Shown in pieces: positions 62,988 to 64,000 of a DNA stretch of 64,000 nt. A program made the translations under genes and the position numbers. The DNA comes from Balanoglossus misakiensis (lineage: Eukaryota > Animalia > Hemichordata), in NCBI GenBank assembly GCA_040954595.2, contig CM082585.2, positions 3,812,902 through 3,876,901 of the forward strand. Direction: 5' to 3'. Each line of letters begins with the position of its first letter. The stretch's first letter is position 1. Under the pieces are notes generated by a model. That model made no database searches. It was not told the origin of the DNA and saw nothing but the letters and a program-made list of their open reading frames with translations.

Positions 62988-64000
62988 ATGGTGGAAGCAT
63001 CGGCCCCTATTCTTCTTGGACTGCTGGTTATTATTTCAACTAGTATGAAATGTGATGCCAAGCTTGAAAAGAAAGGTAAGAATGTTGTGTCACCCTCGTA
63101 ATAAAAACAAGTCAGTGACGTCACGATACTGTGCGTTTCGACTTCCGACACCACCAAAATCAAGGACATGTTACACCCCCCCCCCCAATCCATCCCCTCA
63201 GTCCCAGACAGCTGACAAACGGCCCGGCATTCACGTTCAAAACAACGAATTCTTTGGCACCAATGGACTCCGTCTTGACGATACGTTCATCTGTCGATTT
63301 TAGTGAGAAGAACTATTAAATGGACTTTATAGCTACGCTTCAACCTTTTCAATCACTATGTTAAATATAAACCTGGTGGACTGGCATCTATATTTACATT
63401 CAGTGTCTGGTGCACGGAACCTTCAATATGGTTATTCTCCCGCTTGGTGTAGTACAGTATTCCTGCAAAATATTGCGACAGTAACTAATTATAGTTGTTG
63501 TTGTTTTTATTTTCTTTATGCGTGATACAGGTTGCGAGCCTAGGTGGGACAGTTTTAAGGATAAATGTTACTACGCGTACAAGTTTCCGCTGTATACCTA
63601 CGACGAAGCAAGAACGCTGTGTATTGCAATGGGCAGTGCATTGGCGAAAATAAACGACTTTGAAGAAGACTTGTATTTGAAAGGTGGCTTACCATGTCAT
63701 ATGAAGAAAATTGATTTTGTCTTTTATCTCCATACAAAAGCAAATTATTCAGCGTGAACATGACAAAAATACGTGTTAATCAAATATTTTTCTCCGCCAA
63801 AAGAGCTTCGCCATCCAATGTTGACAATTCTTTACCAGTCAAGTAAACTCAGATCTGGGTAGTCCAACTGTCTACTTGACAACGAGTACACTATTTAGGG
63901 ACACTTTAACTTTTCGAAATCCAATATCTTTTACCGGTGCAGGGTATACAGAAGACGAAGTTAATCTGTGGCTGGGTGCAAACAATCGTGAAAATGAGGG
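62988..64000 (+). CDS. Second secreted C-type lectin (partial, runs off the window)
   Basis: Exons 62988-63075 (MVEASAPILLGLLVIISTSMKCDA), 63531-63683 (CEPRW...CYY, 153 nt as in gene 1), 63943-end (NLWLGA); identical intron phases. Confidence 0.9.

Overview
AT-rich, intron-containing animal genomic DNA; repeat and gene content suggest a marine invertebrate, possibly a deuterostome (inference only). Three zones. (1) 0.4-24.6 kb: a minus-strand multi-exon gene read as signal peptide, two C-type-lectin-like domains and a polycystin-1-type GAIN/GPS domain that stops 14 codons after the HL|T cleavage site, with no transmembrane part. Its introns hold an L2-like LINE, MITEs and an 11-kb nested stack of Helentron-like non-autonomous elements. 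(2) 25.5-52 kb: a nested TE block dominated by rearranged sense and antisense pieces of one Ty3/Gypsy family carrying an F-type env-like ORF. The block is interrupted by Harbinger- and hAT-like MITEs, a Helentron-like element and a 5.2-kb foldback element (9-bp TSD) containing a homogeneous 268-bp array. (3) 53-64 kb: two tandem secreted C-type lectin genes, divergent in protein but preceded by near-identical promoter/first-exon blocks, with Crypton-like insertions. All calls come from manual reading, translation and within-window comparison; no database search was run.
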